Part shown: in pieces, positions 60,747-61,097 of the stretch
Position numbering within the stretch: position 1 is the first letter of the stretch
Layout: each line of letters starts with the position of its first letter
From: Bacteroidota bacterium
Lineage (GTDB): Bacteria; Bacteroidota; Bacteroidia; AKYH767-A; OLB10
Assembly: GCA_046049215.1 (NCBI GenBank)
Contig: JBJOER010000018.1
Coordinates: 1 to 61,097, forward strand
Length of the DNA stretch: 61,097 nucleotides
Direction: 5' to 3'
Notes under the pieces: generated by a model
Database searches by the model: none
What the model was told of the DNA's origin: nothing
The model's input: only the letters and a program-made list of their open reading frames with translations
Made by a program: the position numbers and the translations under genes

Positions 60747-61097
60747 ATGACCATGAGGGACCTCACGTATCTTTTCGCGTATTTGATTCCGCTTTCGGGA
60801 TGGATGGCCCTTGAACTGCGCGGTCCCTGGTCATGGGCGACCATGATCCTTGCCTTTGTGATCATACCGGTGCTGGATGCCACACTGCCTCCCGATATAC
60901 GCAATGTCCCCCGCGAGCAGGAGGAGATGCGTTCCCGACGTCTTTTCTTCGATGCGCTGCTGTACATCTGTGCTCCCATCTGCTGGTTCATCACCTGGAA
61001 GTATTTCGTTGTCATTTCATCCGTTCAGCTCGATGCTGCAGAGGTCATCGGCCTGACACTCTCCACCGGTGTGGTACTGGGAGCTACGGGGATCAAT
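60747..61097 (+). CDS. alkB: Alkane 1-monooxygenase (AlkB, membrane fatty-acid-desaturase-like di-iron hydroxylase); 3' end truncated by the window
   Basis: The ORF is not in the supplied track because it is open to the window end. My translation is MTMRDLTYLFAYLIPLSGWMALELRGPWSWATMILAFVIIPVLDATLPPD..RRLFFDALLYICAPICWFITWKYF..GLTLSTGVVLGATGIN. It ends exactly where AlkB proteins carry GIN-x-AHELxH (first His box), and the hydrophobic pattern matches AlkB N-termini. Confidence 0.7.
   Translation, partial: MTMRDLTYLFAYLIPLSGWMALELRGPWSWATMILAFVIIPVLDATLPPDIRNVPREQEEMRSRRLFFDALLYICAPICWFITWKYFVVISSVQLDAAEVIGLTLSTGVVLGATGIN

Noticed and set aside
1-61097. A search by eye for CRISPR repeats, IS/transposase, integrase, phage, toxin-antitoxin or restriction/defence genes, and for tRNA, rRNA or tmRNA.
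   Set aside because: None were seen. All intergenic regions are 336 bp or shorter and are accounted for by promoters, one riboswitch or hairpins. No ORF has nuclease, helicase, methylase or recombinase motifs.

Overview
The window looks like an ordinary chromosomal stretch from a Bacteroidota genome. The evidence for that phylum is SprB-repeat and type-A/type-B T9SS sorting domains, a PorP/SprF gene, TAnnTTTG -7 promoter boxes close to start codons, and the DUF4271-hemD-rnpA-yidD-S41 peptidase arrangement.

It is almost fully coding, with about 41 genes. I saw no rRNA, tRNA, CRISPR array, transposase, integrase, prophage or recognisable defence genes.

Gene content in order:
- 1-3317: a 5'-truncated SprB-repeat adhesin.
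- 3388-6543: a cobalamin-riboswitch-controlled BtuB-like TonB receptor, divergent from meaB.
- 6604-14204: a long minus-strand housekeeping run (MazG-like, TPR, O-antigen-ligase-like, S41 peptidase, yidD, rnpA, hemD, DUF4271, DUF218).
- 14298-16157: an M1 aminopeptidase.
- 16450-22613: a small polysaccharide cassette with a putative outer-membrane protein, a Wzc-like co-polymerase/ATPase, two unknown ORFs and a GT4 glycosyltransferase.
- 22764-27585: an NHL-propeller type-B T9SS cargo gene abutting an unusually long PorP/SprF gene.
- 27639-36237: M28 peptidase, omega-amidase-like hydrolase, Nramp, YbdL-like aminotransferase, fructosamine kinase, MarR, a T9SS-secreted esterase and an AI-2E transporter.
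- 36222-39938: a 1238-aa orphan multi-sensor histidine kinase.
- 40068-47907: a biotin carrier protein, a Tat-signal SOD, an MFP-RND-TolC efflux operon and an OmpA-family lipoprotein.
- 48177-59235: a six-gene exo-acting N-glycan/glycopeptide catabolic operon (MFS, GH20, GH2 beta-mannosidase, GH92, glycosylasparaginase, CutC).
- 59340-61097: an aldehyde dehydrogenase followed by the truncated start of alkB.

I found no clear-cut novel system. The best candidates for follow-up are:
- the double-length PorP/SprF with an acidic linker and a degenerate OmpA-like tail, together with its cargo;
- the two translationally coupled unknown ORFs inside the Wzc/GT cassette;
- the 12-TM, three-ectodomain orphan kinase;
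- CutC embedded in the N-glycan operon.

All family assignments come from motif recognition by eye. No searches were run.
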